DNA of 54,258 nt, filler included, from Actinomycetota bacterium (GCA_009886115.1; 5 parts of 5 records of this genome joined end to end with filler, not necessarily neighbours in it), one strand, 5' to 3'; counted from the whole stretch's first letter, positions 1-10,920 are shown. Notes: generated from the letters alone by a model not told the origin. Program-made: numbers and translations.

Positions 1-1
1 T

Positions 2-2167
2 CGAGGCTCGAACGAACGACGAGCTCGTCGCCGGGCCGTGGAGGGTGTCGAGCTCACTGGCCAGATCGGCCATGGTGAAGTTTCGAAGTTGACCCCGGTC
101 GATGAGATGGCGAGCTTCTCGGAGCAGGTCTTCCAGCGCACGCAATGCGACGGCGGGATCCTGCGAGATGTTCTGGGGATGAAACCACAAGTGAAACACC
201 GAGTTCTCGCGCGACGCCTGATGGAGCCGTCGCTTGGCTTGGAACAACCACGGACGGAGGTTGGATCGGTCGGCCGGGTTGAACAAGAACGACTGGGGAA
301 TATTCCATACGTCACCCTCGAGCATGGGGAACGCGGCAGTTTTTTGGGTCGGTCGGAGTCGATCAACGATGCGCAGCACCCGATTCGCGAGCCGAGGGAG
401 CTCGGCGAAACGGTTGGGTGCACTGCCGCGGTAACAACGAAATCCGGCCGACCCGAGTTGGTCGACATGACCAATCGCGTTTCGCGGATACACGAACGAC
501 CGCAGCGACAATCCGCCGGCGCCGGCTGCTTCTTGGCAGGCGCGGAGGTCAGCAGAGAAGCTCTCGGCTGTACGCGCCGGATCGCCAGCGATCATGTGGG
601 CGAAGGAGTGAGAAGCCAGCTCCTGGTGTGTCGGACAGGCCCGGATCATCTGGACGACATCAGGGGCGTACCAGCCTGGCGACGAAGCGGCAGCAGTGCA
701 CGGGTCGTTGGCGAACCAGTCCTGCTTCATCCACTCGTAGCGCGGTCGCTCGACATCTGCGTGCTTGAGCCCGTCGATCGGAGCGCAGGCCTCGAGGAAC
801 AGATGACCAACGGTCGCCCACGTCGCCGAAATCTTGTACCGATCGAAGATTTCGAGTATCCGGGTAATGACCTGTCGCTCATCGCGGTTCTCGTAGCCAA
901 GGCCGAAATCCCCGTGATGGATGTAGCCCCATTCCATTTCGAGGTCGATGGAGATCACGAGCGTGCCGCGGCCGAGCACGACTTCGCCTGTGCCTCGGGC
1001 CGGCATCGGCGTTCGCGCTGAGCGTTGCCTCACCTCGGCAACCTCGGCGAGGTACTCGCACAGCGCGCTCGAGACGGCGTTTGCTTCGTACGACCCGAGT
1101 ACCCAGTCGCGGCCGGCTCGGCGTCGGGCCTCCGAGCCCGTCGCCGCCGAAGCCAGCTCCTCGGAGAGGGCGTCCCCCAGGGCCCGAATGTCGCCGACGC
1201 TGACCAGGCGCGCCAGGCGCCCGTCGTCGGTGCTCTCCCTGACGGCGGGGATGTCGAAGGCCACCACGGGTTTGCCGGCTGCCACAGCCTCGATCACAGC
1301 CGTGCCGAGCCCTTCGGAGAACGACGTGAACACGAAGAGGTCGCACGAGGCCAAGAGCACGGAGACATCGCTCCGGTAACCGAGGAGCACAACGGCGTCA
1401 ACGAGACCGAGTCGGTCGATCGTCGCCCGCATCGCGCCTGTCTCGCTGCCCTCCCGCCCGGCCACGGCGAGGACCGCGTTCGGTATCCGCTCCCGGACTG
1501 CGGCGAACGCTTCGATCAGCTCGACATGCCCCTTGCGCGACTCGTGCCGGGCCACGTTGACGAGGAGTGGGACTCGGTCCGGAAGGCCGAAGCGGGACCG
1601 GTCGGGAGCGCCTGACGACCCGAGGTCCAGTCCCCTGGGAATGATCCGGATCCGGTTGCCGCGCCCACCGGAGTCGACGAACGACGCTGCCGCGTGCCGT
1701 GAGATTGCCCGGTATCGAGCTCTCGACATCCGAGACAGCAGGCGAGAGATGCGATCGAGGACGGCCGCTCGGCGCTGGGCGCCTCCGGGTCGCTTGTCGC
1801 GGAGCTCGACGTCGGCGGACGACACGAGCGAAGACACCACGGGCGTCCGGGTCAGGATCGCCGCGATCTGACCGGCGGCATCGGCGTGGAACAGCGCCGT
1901 GTGGATCACGTCGGGCCGTTCCCTCCGGACGATCCGAGCCAGCCGCAGCCCAGCCAGCGGAAAGGTCCTCCCGGCGCTCGAAGCGCGCATCCCCAGGCAG
2001 CGCACGGGAATTCCCGCCGCCTGGAGGCGTGGAAGGAGGTCGTCGCGCTCGAACAGCGTGACGACCGACTGCTCAATGGTGTCGTCGAAGCGGGTGATCT
2101 CCTCGACGAATCGGTTCTCGGCTCCCCCGGCCGAGGCCAGGGAGTCGATGACGTGCAGGATGCGCAT
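2..2167 (-). CDS. GT4 glycosyltransferase fused in frame to a CE4/NodB-like polysaccharide deacetylase (3' end runs off the window)
   Basis: Manual translation from ATG 2167: MRILHVIDSLASAGGAE...RPDVIHT...VNVARHESRKG...DLFVFTSFSEGLGTAVIEAVAAGKPVV (GT4). It continues without a stop into ISIDLEMEWG...ATWATVGHL...HQELASHSFAH...SFVYPRN...VFHLWFHP (CE4). Absent from the ORF track because no stop occurs before the edge. Confidence 0.88.
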   Translation of the reverse strand, partial: MRILHVIDSLASAGGAENRFVEEITRFDDTIEQSVVTLFERDDLLPRLQAAGIPVRCLGMRASSAGRTFPLAGLRLARIVRRERPDVIHTALFHADAAGQIAAILTRTPVVSSLVSSADVELRDKRPGGAQRRAAVLDRISRLLSRMSRARYRAISRHAAASFVDSGGRGNRIRIIPRGLDLGSSGAPDRSRFGLPDRVPLLVNVARHESRKGHVELIEAFAAVRERIPNAVLAVAGREGSETGAMRATIDRLGLVDAVVLLGYRSDVSVLLASCDLFVFTSFSEGLGTAVIEAVAAGKPVVAFDIPAVRESTDDGRLARLVSVGDIRALGDALSEELASAATGSEARRRAGRDWVLGSYEANAVSSALCEYLAEVAEVRQRSARTPMPARGTGEVVLGRGTLVISIDLEMEWGYIHHGDFGLGYENRDERQVITRILEIFDRYKISATWATVGHLFLEACAPIDGLKHADVERPRYEWMKQDWFANDPCTAAASSPGWYAPDVVQMIRACPTHQELASHSFAHMIAGDPARTAESFSADLRACQEAAGAGGLSLRSFVYPRNAIGHVDQLGSAGFRCYRGSAPNRFAELPRLANRVLRIVDRLRPTQKTAAFPMLEGDVWNIPQSFLFNPADRSNLRPWLFQAKRRLHQASRENSVFHLWFHPQNISQDPAVALRALEDLLREARHLIDRGQLRNFTMADLASELDTLHGPATSSSFVRAS

Positions 2168-2218
2168 CAGTCGCCTCGGGTCAGGAGCTCGCGGGGGTGA
2201 GACGCCGGTCCCCTCGGC

Positions 2219-3556
2219 TCACAGGATCTCACCGGTGAAGTTGCGACCGCGCATCTTGCCCTTCGTGTCGAGCACGAGGGTGCCCTGCGCGCACAGCTCG
2301 TCGTAGGGGAAGCCGGGATGGTCGACGAGCACGATGACTAGGTCGGCCGCGGCGATCTCCTCCGAGGTGCACTCGACCAACGGGACGTCGATGCCGAGGT
2401 CGGTCTCGAGGGGAAGGTGGGGCTCGCACGCTCGCAGGTCGGCACCCAGCAGCAAGAGGCGTTCTGCGACGTGAATCGACGGCGACTCGCGCCAATCGGA
2501 GGTTCCTGCCTTGTAGGCCATGCCCAGCAAGAGGATCCGCGTGCCCTTGACTGCCAACGATCGCTGGTTGAGCATCGCGGTCACCCGGGTGGCGACGTAC
2601 TCGGGCATGTGCTCGTTGACGTCGTTGGCCAGCTCGACGAAGCGGAACGTGTGGCCCAGCCGGCGTCGCACACGCCACGCCAGGTACGACGGGTCGATCG
2701 GGAGGCAGTGCCCGCCGACGCCCGGCCCCGGCGTGAATCGCATGTAGCCGAAGGGCTTCGTCGATGCGGCGTCGATGGCGTTCCAGATGTCGACACCGAG
2801 ATCGCGGGCGAACATGGCGAGCTCGTTGACGAGCGCGATGTTCACGTGCCGGAAGGTGTTCTCGAGCAGCTTGACGAGCTCGGCCTCCCCGGTGGTCGCG
2901 ACGGGAACCGTGGTGTCGACCAGGGCCGAGTAGAAGGCGTCGACGCAGCGCAGCGATCCCTCGTCGATCCCCGAGACGACCTTGGGGGTGCTGACGAACG
3001 TGTACTTCGTGTTGCCCGGGTCGATGCGCTCGGGCGAGTACCCGAGCAGGAAGTCGCGCCCGGCCACGAGGCCCGATTCCTCGAGGATCGGCTTCACGAG
3101 CTCCTCGGTCGTCCCCGGGTAGGTGGTCGACTCGAGGATCACCAGCGAGCCGATCTTGAGCCAGTTCCGCAGGTCTCGGGCCGCGTCCTCGACATACGCC
3201 AGGTCGGGCATCCCTTCGCGGAGCGGCGTCGGGACGCTGATGACGGCGATGTCGAAGCCTCGGAGATCACGATGATCGCTCGTTGCCCGATACCCGCTGC
3301 GGACGGCCTGCGCGATCGTGGCGTCGGTCACATCCTCGACGTACGAGCGGCCCGAGCGCAGCGCAGCGATCTTGGCTTCCGACACGTCGAACCCCACCAC
3401 GGGGAACCCCACCTCGACGGCGCGCATCGCCATGGGCAAGCCCACGTAGCCCTGCCCGACGACGATGACCCGAGCCGACCGCTCCGTGATGCGGGCGAGC
3501 AACGAGTCGGCGACGTCGCCGGTGCTTGTGGACGGAGGGACCGAGAGGGTGGTCAT
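2219..3556 (-). CDS. Nucleotide-sugar dehydrogenase (UDP-GlcNAc/GalNAc 6-dehydrogenase, WecC/WbpO/TviB-like)
   Basis: VVGQGYVG Rossmann motif, LESTTYPGTT, YSPERIDPGN, KLLENTFRHVNIALVNE, catalytic GGHCLPIDP. Start could be 3604. Confidence 0.93.
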   Translation of the reverse strand: MTTLSVPPSTSTGDVADSLLARITERSARVIVVGQGYVGLPMAMRAVEVGFPVVGFDVSEAKIAALRSGRSYVEDVTDATIAQAVRSGYRATSDHRDLRGFDIAVISVPTPLREGMPDLAYVEDAARDLRNWLKIGSLVILESTTYPGTTEELVKPILEESGLVAGRDFLLGYSPERIDPGNTKYTFVSTPKVVSGIDEGSLRCVDAFYSALVDTTVPVATTGEAELVKLLENTFRHVNIALVNELAMFARDLGVDIWNAIDAASTKPFGYMRFTPGPGVGGHCLPIDPSYLAWRVRRRLGHTFRFVELANDVNEHMPEYVATRVTAMLNQRSLAVKGTRILLLGMAYKAGTSDWRESPSIHVAERLLLLGADLRACEPHLPLETDLGIDVPLVECTSEEIAAADLVIVLVDHPGFPYDELCAQGTLVLDTKGKMRGRNFTGEIL

Positions 3557-3659
3557 TCGGGAGCTCCTGGGTGCTGGGCGCGAGCGCCGCTGTCGTTCGG
3601 TCATGGTCGGCCGGGTGAAACCGTCGGGCGACCGCGCGTGGGCAGGGCGGACCCTGGAT

Positions 3660-4589
3660 TCACGAGCGGCTGACGAACCAGTCGACCGTTCTACGCAATC
3701 CGTCAGGGAATTTGATCTCGGCTCGGAATCCGAGGTCGCGCTCGGCGGCGCTGCAGTCGGCCTTGGAGTGCCTCACGTCGCCCGGGCGGCTCGCCGTGTG
3801 GATGGGATCGGGTGTCACTCCGAGCACCTCGCCGAGGATGGTAAGCAGGTCCATGAGGCTGTGCGCGGCGCCTCCTGCGATGTTGTAGGCCTTGCCCGTG
3901 CAGCCTGCGGCCGGAGCGGTGGCCGCCCTGACGTTCGCCGCCACCACGTCGGTGATGTAGGTGAAATCGCGCGACTGGAGCCCGTCGCCGTGCACCTCGG
4001 GCCGGTCGCCGCGCCGGAGCGCCTCGATGAACAGGGGGATCACGGCGGCGTACATGGAGTCGGGGCGCTGACGAGGGCCGTACACGTTGAAGTACCGCAA
4101 CGCCACCGTCTCGAGCCCGAAGAGCTCGCTGAACACCCGGGCGTAGTGCTCGCCGGTCAGCTTGCTCACGGCGTAGGGCGATCGGGGCACGAGCGGTGCC
4201 GACTCGGGGGTCGGCATGATCTCGGCGCCGCCGTAGACCGAGCTCGACGAGGCGGAGACGACCCGCCGCACACCCACCTCGCGCGCCGCCTGGAGGACGG
4301 CGAGGGTGCCCGCCACGTTGGCCCGGTCGGTGGCGAGCGGGTGCTCCACCGACCGGAACACGGCCCGGTGCGCGGCCTGGTGGATGATCACCTCGCACCC
4401 TCGGGCCGCCTCGCGCACCAACTCGTGATTGGCGATGTCGCCTTCGACCACCCGAGCTGCCGGGTGGACGTTCTCCCGGTAGCCGGAGCTGAAGTCGTCG
4501 AACACGACCACCGAGTGGCCGGTGTCGATCAGTGTGGCGGCGATGTTCGATCCAATGAATCCGGCACCGCCGGTGACGAGCACCTGCAT
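3660..4589 (-). CDS. NAD-dependent epimerase/dehydratase (UDP-GlcNAc 4-epimerase WbpP/TviC-like)
   Basis: TGGAGFIGS, SSSSVYG, YAVSK (YxxxK), LRYFNVYGPRQ, GDGLQSRDFTY. Confidence 0.92.
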   Translation of the reverse strand: MQVLVTGGAGFIGSNIAATLIDTGHSVVVFDDFSSGYRENVHPAARVVEGDIANHELVREAARGCEVIIHQAAHRAVFRSVEHPLATDRANVAGTLAVLQAAREVGVRRVVSASSSSVYGGAEIMPTPESAPLVPRSPYAVSKLTGEHYARVFSELFGLETVALRYFNVYGPRQRPDSMYAAVIPLFIEALRRGDRPEVHGDGLQSRDFTYITDVVAANVRAATAPAAGCTGKAYNIAGGAAHSLMDLLTILGEVLGVTPDPIHTASRPGDVRHSKADCSAAERDLGFRAEIKFPDGLRRTVDWFVSRS

Positions 4590-4849
4590 GGGTTGGGCTC
4601 CGAGAGCTGAGAGGGACGGCCGTTCAGGCCACTTGACGAATCCACGCTACCCGGCTCGCGAGGGGCCTCCGTCCGCGTCCTCGTCGGTGCCGCGACAAGG
4701 CCTAAAGCGCTGCTGGGAAGTGCCGATGGGACGGTGATGGGGCGGGACTGGGGGGTCGGTCGCGTCCGGTAGGCTGGCTGGCACTTGTCCGAAAGCACGT
4801 ACTTCGCCCCCGTTTCCCAGGGGGGCGGTCGATTCCGGGACGCACACGT

Positions 4850-6526
4850 ATGGGCCTCGAAGAATTCCTGTATGCGCTGAGACGGCACCGTCGAGTGCCG
4901 ATCGTCGTGTTCCTGCTGGGGATGCTGGCCATCACCTTCGTGCTGGCCACGCATGAGGAGAAGGCGCCCCGGTTCCGCTCCACGTTCCAGGTCGCGGTCA
5001 CCGACGTCACCGCGCCTCCGCCCGAGTTGTTGCTTCAGGTCGTCTCCGACGCGGCCGGGAACCTCACGTACGTGCTGTCCGACGTCGTCGAGAGCGCAGC
5101 CGGCCTCGAGGACGTCGACTACGTGCTCACGACCATCCGACGCCTGCCCAGCGGCGACGGCGAGGGCAGCGACACCGGGATCGACTTCCAGGTCGACGCC
5201 AACGACGCCGCGACCGCATTCGACGTGGCCACGCGCATCGGCAACGAGTACATCGAGCAGCGCACCGCGGCGCTGACCCTGGCGGTCGATCAGAGGGTCG
5301 CCGATGCGCTCACGGCGCTCGAGCGCATCGATGAGAGGATCGCCCAGCTGGAGGAAGACCGGCTCATGACGCTGGAGGACGTGCTCCGAAAGGACGATCG
5401 CGGCGACTTCGTCTACCCCCTCAACGAGCTCATCGCCGCGCCTGTGATCACCCCAGCCATACCGGATGATCCCGCGACAACGCGGGTGGAAGCCACGCCG
5501 GAAGTGATCGTCGGTCTGCCCCAATCCAGCGTCACCGGGAAACTGATCCTCCCCGAGGTTCGGGCGCTCTTCGAGGGTCTCAATGCGCTGCGAGCAGAGC
5601 AGTCGCTGGAGCTGGTCGCGGCGGACGGGGCTTCCATCATCGGCCCGCCCACCGACCAGCCCGGAGGCCAGACCGCGGCCATCCAGATCGACGAGTCCGA
5701 TGCGCTCTCGGTGTTCATCCCCATCGGGGCGTTGCTCGCACTGGCGATCGTCATCGGCATCGGCGGGGCGCTCATGCTGGCCAAGCTCGACCACTCGGTG
5801 ACCGAGCCGTCCGACGCGGCCCACGTGATGCACGCGCCGGTGCTGGGCATCATCACCAAGCGGCGCCGCACCGAACGGGCGCCGGTGGCGCTCGATCCCC
5901 GAGCGGGCAATCGGGTTCGGCAGTTCCGCTCGCTCGCAGCCACGATCGACGCCATGGGCACGATCCCCAAGCGGATCTTCGTCACCTCGCCCGAGCCGAC
6001 CGTCGAGATCGCCCGGGTGGGCACCAACCTGGCCGTCTGCCTCGCCGAGATGGGCCACACGGTCGTGCTCGTGTCCACCGACCCGGCGCAGCTCCTCCAG
6101 CTCGGGAACCTGGCCATGCCCAACGCCGAGGGGTACGCCGAGATCCTCGAGCAGGCCCGCATGGGTTCCATCAACGGTGAGGTCGGCGCGGCGCTCCAAC
6201 CGGCGCCCGGTCTGGCGTCGTTGTGGGTCCTACCGCCCGGCCTGTACCGCACCAACGCCCAACCCCGGGCCGTGGCGGCGTTGCTCAGGGCTCTCGAAGC
6301 TCCACCCGTCGCCGGTGGAATCCGTCCCGACGTGGCGATCGTGCTCGGGCACTCCATGGTCGACGACGCCGATGCCGCCGTGCTGGCCCGTGAGGCGGGT
6401 GCCGTGCTGTGGGTGCTCGAGAGCGGGATCACCGCCGAGGACTCGGCCGTGGCGGCCCACGAACGCCTCGCTCTCACCGGCGTCGACGCGCTCGGCGTGG
6501 CCGTCGTGATGTCGACGGGGGCCTGA
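4850..6526 (+). CDS. Wzz/Wzc-like polysaccharide co-polymerase with degenerate tyrosine-kinase domain
   Basis: Two TM segments flank a coiled-coil extracytoplasmic region; APVLGII and QFRSLAATI follow. The P-loop position reads FVTSPEPTVEIARVGTNLA, with no GK[ST]. Confidence 0.75.
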   Translation: MGLEEFLYALRRHRRVPIVVFLLGMLAITFVLATHEEKAPRFRSTFQVAVTDVTAPPPELLLQVVSDAAGNLTYVLSDVVESAAGLEDVDYVLTTIRRLPSGDGEGSDTGIDFQVDANDAATAFDVATRIGNEYIEQRTAALTLAVDQRVADALTALERIDERIAQLEEDRLMTLEDVLRKDDRGDFVYPLNELIAAPVITPAIPDDPATTRVEATPEVIVGLPQSSVTGKLILPEVRALFEGLNALRAEQSLELVAADGASIIGPPTDQPGGQTAAIQIDESDALSVFIPIGALLALAIVIGIGGALMLAKLDHSVTEPSDAAHVMHAPVLGIITKRRRTERAPVALDPRAGNRVRQFRSLAATIDAMGTIPKRIFVTSPEPTVEIARVGTNLAVCLAEMGHTVVLVSTDPAQLLQLGNLAMPNAEGYAEILEQARMGSINGEVGAALQPAPGLASLWVLPPGLYRTNAQPRAVAALLRALEAPPVAGGIRPDVAIVLGHSMVDDADAAVLAREAGAVLWVLESGITAEDSAVAAHERLALTGVDALGVAVVMSTGA

Positions 6527-6555
6527 CCGGCGCCGCTTCGCCCGCCACCCTCGCC

Positions 6556-7939
6556 ATGGCCACCGCCCGCGTGCCCGCACATGTCCTGCATGTCCTCCCG
6601 CTGGATCTCGCCCGAGGCGCCCAGACCTACGCGGCCGCCCTCCGCGACGAGCTGGACGGCGGTCCCGACGAGCACAGGACGTTGACGATCTTCAGGTCGA
6701 TGTCGGCGGTTCTCGATGCCGATGTCCGACTCGACGTCACGGGAGGCCGGGCGCGACGTTTGGGTCTGGATCCCCGAGCGGTTGTCGCGCTGGCTCGTTC
6801 GTTCCGGAGCCGAAGGCCCGATGTGGTGGTCGCTCACGGCGGCGAGCCGTTGAAGTATGCGGCCCTGGCCAAGCGGAGCGGCCAGCGGCTGGTGTACCTC
6901 AAGATCGGTGAGTCGAGCGGCGAGGTTCGTTCGCGGTTGCACCGCTTGGTGTATCTCGCCCTGGTCAGGCGGGTCGACCTCGTCGTGTGCGTCGCCGACG
7001 AGCTCGCGGACGAAGCGCGAGAGATGTTCGGCCTCGATGATGCCCGGGTACTCGTCATTCCCAACGGGCGCGATCCCGAGCGCTACCAACCGCGCGGTGA
7101 CAGCAGCGCGTCTGCTGGCGGTCTCGACCCGTCCGGCGAGCGGCCGACGGTGGTCTCCTGGGTCGGGAACCTGAACGAGGGCAAACGCCCCGACTGGTTC
7201 TTCGAAGCGGTGCGCCAGCTCCGCGCCGCTGGTCACTCCGACTTCGTGGCCCGCCTCGTCGGTGACGGTCCGATGGAGGCTCGGCTGCGGGAAGAGGCCG
7301 AGTCCGTGGGGATCGAGGTCCTGGGCCGCCGCTCCGATGTTCCCCAGCTCCTGGCCCAGAGCGACCTGTTCGTGTTCACCAGCTCTGGACTCAGCGAGGG
7401 CATGCCCGGTGTCCTGATCGAAGCCGGCATGTGCGGCCTCCCCGTGGTGACGACCGCGGTCTCCGGCGCTCGCACCGTCGTACGAGAGAGCGAGACGGGG
7501 TTCGTCGTGCCGGTCGACGATCTCGGGTCGCTCGTCGCCAGAGTGGCTGAGCTCCTGTCGGATCCCGTGCGGCGCCGGGCGATGGGGGCCCGGGCCCGCG
7601 TCCACTGCTTGAATCGCTTCACGCTCGAAGGCACGCTGCGGACGTGGCAGCAGACGTTTGACGCCCTCCTCGGGCGCGCCCCGACGGTTTCGGTCGACGG
7701 TACGAGATTGCCGTCCACGGAGGCTGTCGAAAACGTCGGTACCGGCGACCGCGACGGGGCGAGCAATCACCCGATCCAGGCGACCACCGTGCTCGCCTCG
7801 GCGGCCGTGGCGTTCCGCCGAACCCCAGGCGGCTCGGTGATCATCGCTCGCCCCGGACCCGGTCGCGAACCCGTCCGCCTCGACGCGACCGGCCCGCTCA
7901 TCTGGGATCTCATCGACGGTGAACGTTCGCTCGGGACGA
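6556..7939 (+). CDS. GT4 glycosyltransferase with C-terminal PqqD/RRE-like domain (truncated by contig end)
   Basis: VLHVLPLDLARGAQ, RPDVVVAHG, VIPNG, VGNLNEGKRP, SEGMPGVLIEAGMCGLPVV. The tail VRLDATGPLIWDLIDGERSL resembles the PqqD motif LNxTAxxIWxLxDGxRS. Confidence 0.82.
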
Positions 7940-8039
7940 NNNNNNNNNNNNNNNNNNNNNNNNNNNNNNNNNNNNNNNNNNNNTTAATTAATTAANNNNN
8001 NNNNNNNNNNNNNNNNNNNNNNNNNNNNNNNNNNNNNNN
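7940..8039. other. Artificial contig linker (N-run, TTAATTAATTAA, N-run)
   Basis: 100-nt spacer with stops in all frames; identical design at four sites. Confidence 0.98.
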
Positions 8040-10644
8040 CGAGCTCGTCGAGCGTCATCGCCTCACCACGACGTCGAGCTGCCGTGAGGTCACCCGAATA
8101 GGCGTCGACTGCGGCTTGGGCGTGGGCCCGGCACACCGTTTGGGGATACGTGGCTCCGATCCCGAGGGTCGCTGCGTGCCCGGCGGACGCCCCGAGAAGC
8201 ACCGCGGCGGCCTCGAAGTCACCGGATTGCGAGGCGAGGGCCGCGGCAACGAACACGCCATAGACCACGAACCGGACCTGGCCCTCACGGTGTGCCAGAC
8301 GGAGCAATTCGCACGCGTGGATGCGGGATCGAGCGACGTGGCCCCCCAGCGCATCGACCGCAACTGACATCGTGAGCGCGGCGGTGTACATGTTCGAGGT
8401 GGCCCGTCGGGACGCCGTCTCGACCATCGCACGCGATCGTTCGCTCGCTTCGTCGAGCCGACCGGCGAAGAACAGCACGTTGGCGTAGATCAACTCCGAG
8501 CCGATCACCCACGTGTCGTCGTCGCGGCGGTACTCGGTGGCCAGGCGTTCGTAGTGTTCGATCAGCTCGGCGGTGTCCCACGCACCGGCGAAGATGCCGC
8601 GTTGCGACTCGACCAGCCGCTGCACGTGCCGCGACCCCGTTGCGGTCGCGACCTCGAGCGCCTGTTGGTACCAGGAACAGAACGTGGCCGCGTCGCCGCG
8701 GTGCACCGCGACCATCATCAGCGCGTACGCCGGCCACGGGGCCGGCTCGAGGCCGGCGGCTTCGGCCAGCGCGATGGCCTCGACTGCGTGACGCTCCGCC
8801 GCTGTCACGTCCCCCGTGCTGGATTCGATGTGCGCAGCGCGGCCGAGCGCCGCGTAGCGGTGCGAGTCGGCCAGGTCCGGGTGGGTGAGCAGGTGGAGAA
8901 ACCATCTCGAGCCCTCACTCACACGGGCGTTGAGCCAGACGTAGTGGTCGATGGCCAGCACGCCGTCGGCGGCGTCGTCGACCCGGCCGGCGGCCAACAG
9001 GTAGGCGAACGCGCTGCGATAGTTGTCGAAATCGGAATCGATCGCGTCGTAGACCGCGTTCTCGGCCGCGTCGTCGGTGATCCGGCCGACCCGCGTGCCG
9101 CGAGCGCACCAATATGCGGCGTGACGATCGCGGACCTCGAGCGCGTCAGGCTGCTCGGCGAGACGATCGGCGGCGAACTGGCGCAACGTCTCCAACAGCC
9201 GGAACCGGGCGTTGCCCGCTCCCGCGCCCGCGACCACCATCGACTTGTCGACCAGATGACCCAACGCATCGAGCACCTCGAAGGCCTCGACCGTCCCACC
9301 CGCGGCGATCGCCTCCGCCGCGTCGAGATCGAAGCTCCCCGCCAACGTCGACAACCGCTGGAACACCGCCCGTTCGGTGTCGTCCAACAACTCATAGGAC
9401 CACGACACCGTCGCCTGCAACGTCCGGTGACGTTCCACCGCCGTCCGGCCACCGCCCGTGAGGAGGCGGAAGCGCTGATCGAGCCGCTCCGCGATCTGCG
9501 CCGGCGACATCATCCGAGCCCGCGCCGCCGCCAGCTCGATCGCCAACGGGATCCCATCCAACCGAACACAGATCTCCCCGATCGCCTGCCGTTGGCTGTC
9601 ATCGAGGGACGCGCCCGCCTGCGTGGCGCGTTCGATGAACAACTCCACCGCTTCGGCCAACGGCGGCACCGCCCGCACCCGCTCCGCCGCGATCCCCAAC
9701 GGCTCACGACTCGTCGCCAACACCCGCACCCCCGGCGCAGCCGACGCCAGCTGCTCGACAATGCGCGCCACCGCGCCCAGGACGTGTTCGCAATTGTCGA
9801 CGATCACCAACAACTGCTTCGCCCGCAACCGGCCCACCAACGTGATCGCCAACGCCTCCCCGGCCTGGGCCGCCACCCCCAACACCTCAGCGATCGTCGC
9901 CAACACCAACTCGTCATGCGCCAACGGCGCCAACTCCACCACCCACACCCCATCGGCGAACCGCGGCAACACCTCCGCGCCGACCGCCAACGCCAACCGG
10001 GTCTTACCGACCCCACCGACCCCGGTCAACGTCACCAACCGATGCTCACCCAACAACGCCGCGATCTCCGCGAGTTCCACCTCACGGCCTACGAACGACG
10101 ACAACTGCAACGACAAATTCGTCGACGCCGCCGTCAACGACCGCAAGGCCGCGAATTCCCCGCCGCCGACCTGCCACACCCGCTCCGCCCGGCTCAGGTC
10201 CCGCAGCCGGTGCTCGCCGAGATCACGTAGATCATCGCGGTCGCGGACGAGAGACGCTGTCGACTCGCTGCACACGATCTGGCCGCCGTGCGCCACCCCC
10301 ATCAGCCGTGCGCACCGATTCAACGTCGAGCCGAAATAGTCACCGTCACGGAGTTCCGCCTCACCCGTGTGCAACCCCATCCGCACCGGCAACACATCAA
10401 CCAGGCGCGCCTGCGTGTCCACCGCGGCGGCCACCGCGTCCGACGCGGACGCGAACACCGCAGCCACCCCATCACCCGTGTGCTTGAACAGATGACCGTG
10501 CCGCTTGTCGATCACGTCCCGCAGAATCTCGTCATGCTCGACCAGCAGGGCACGCATCGCCTCCGGTTCGTCCTGCCACCGGCGCGTCGAACCCTCAATG
10601 TCCGTGAACAAGAACGTGACCGTGCCGGTGGGAGGGCTCTGCAC
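8040..10644 (-). CDS. Class III adenylate/guanylate cyclase + STAND (NB-ARC-like) ATPase + TPR-like C-terminus (3' end lost in gap)
   Basis: FLFTDIEGST, KHTGDG, VRMGLHTGE...DYFGSTLNRCARL; Walker A GVGGVGKTRL; Walker B IVDNCEH; LDGIPLAIELAAAR. Start GTG 10644 assumed (ORF opens at 10740). Confidence 0.9.
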
Positions 10645-10749
10645 CGCAGCAGCCTCCCACGGCCAACGCGACGGCCGCACGATGAGCAGTCCCAGGACCG
10701 CGCCGACTTCGAAAACAGCGCCGACTGCCGCGACCGGCACTTCAAGACC

Positions 10750-10920
10750 CTACTGCCGCCTTTCAGCCCAGCCCGTGACCAGGGGAAACACTGCCAAGCG
10801 TGCGATCTCGTTCGCGGTGACGCCTTCGAGACCCCGTTCCGCGAACAGGCGCACCGCAATCGCCTCGACCTGGGCTACTCGTTGGACACGCCCGAGCTCG
10901 CGGGAGGTGAGTTGCCGGCT
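10750..10920 (-). pseudogene. TetR-family regulator N-terminal remnant
   Basis: Translates to RQLTSRELGRVQRVAQVEAIAVRLFAERGLEGVTANEIAR, then diverges and stops. There is an in-frame TGA upstream and no start codon. Confidence 0.55.

Noticed and set aside
38..1021. 327-aa + strand ORF
   Set aside because: Antisense shadow of the GT4-deacetylase gene; no recognisable motifs.
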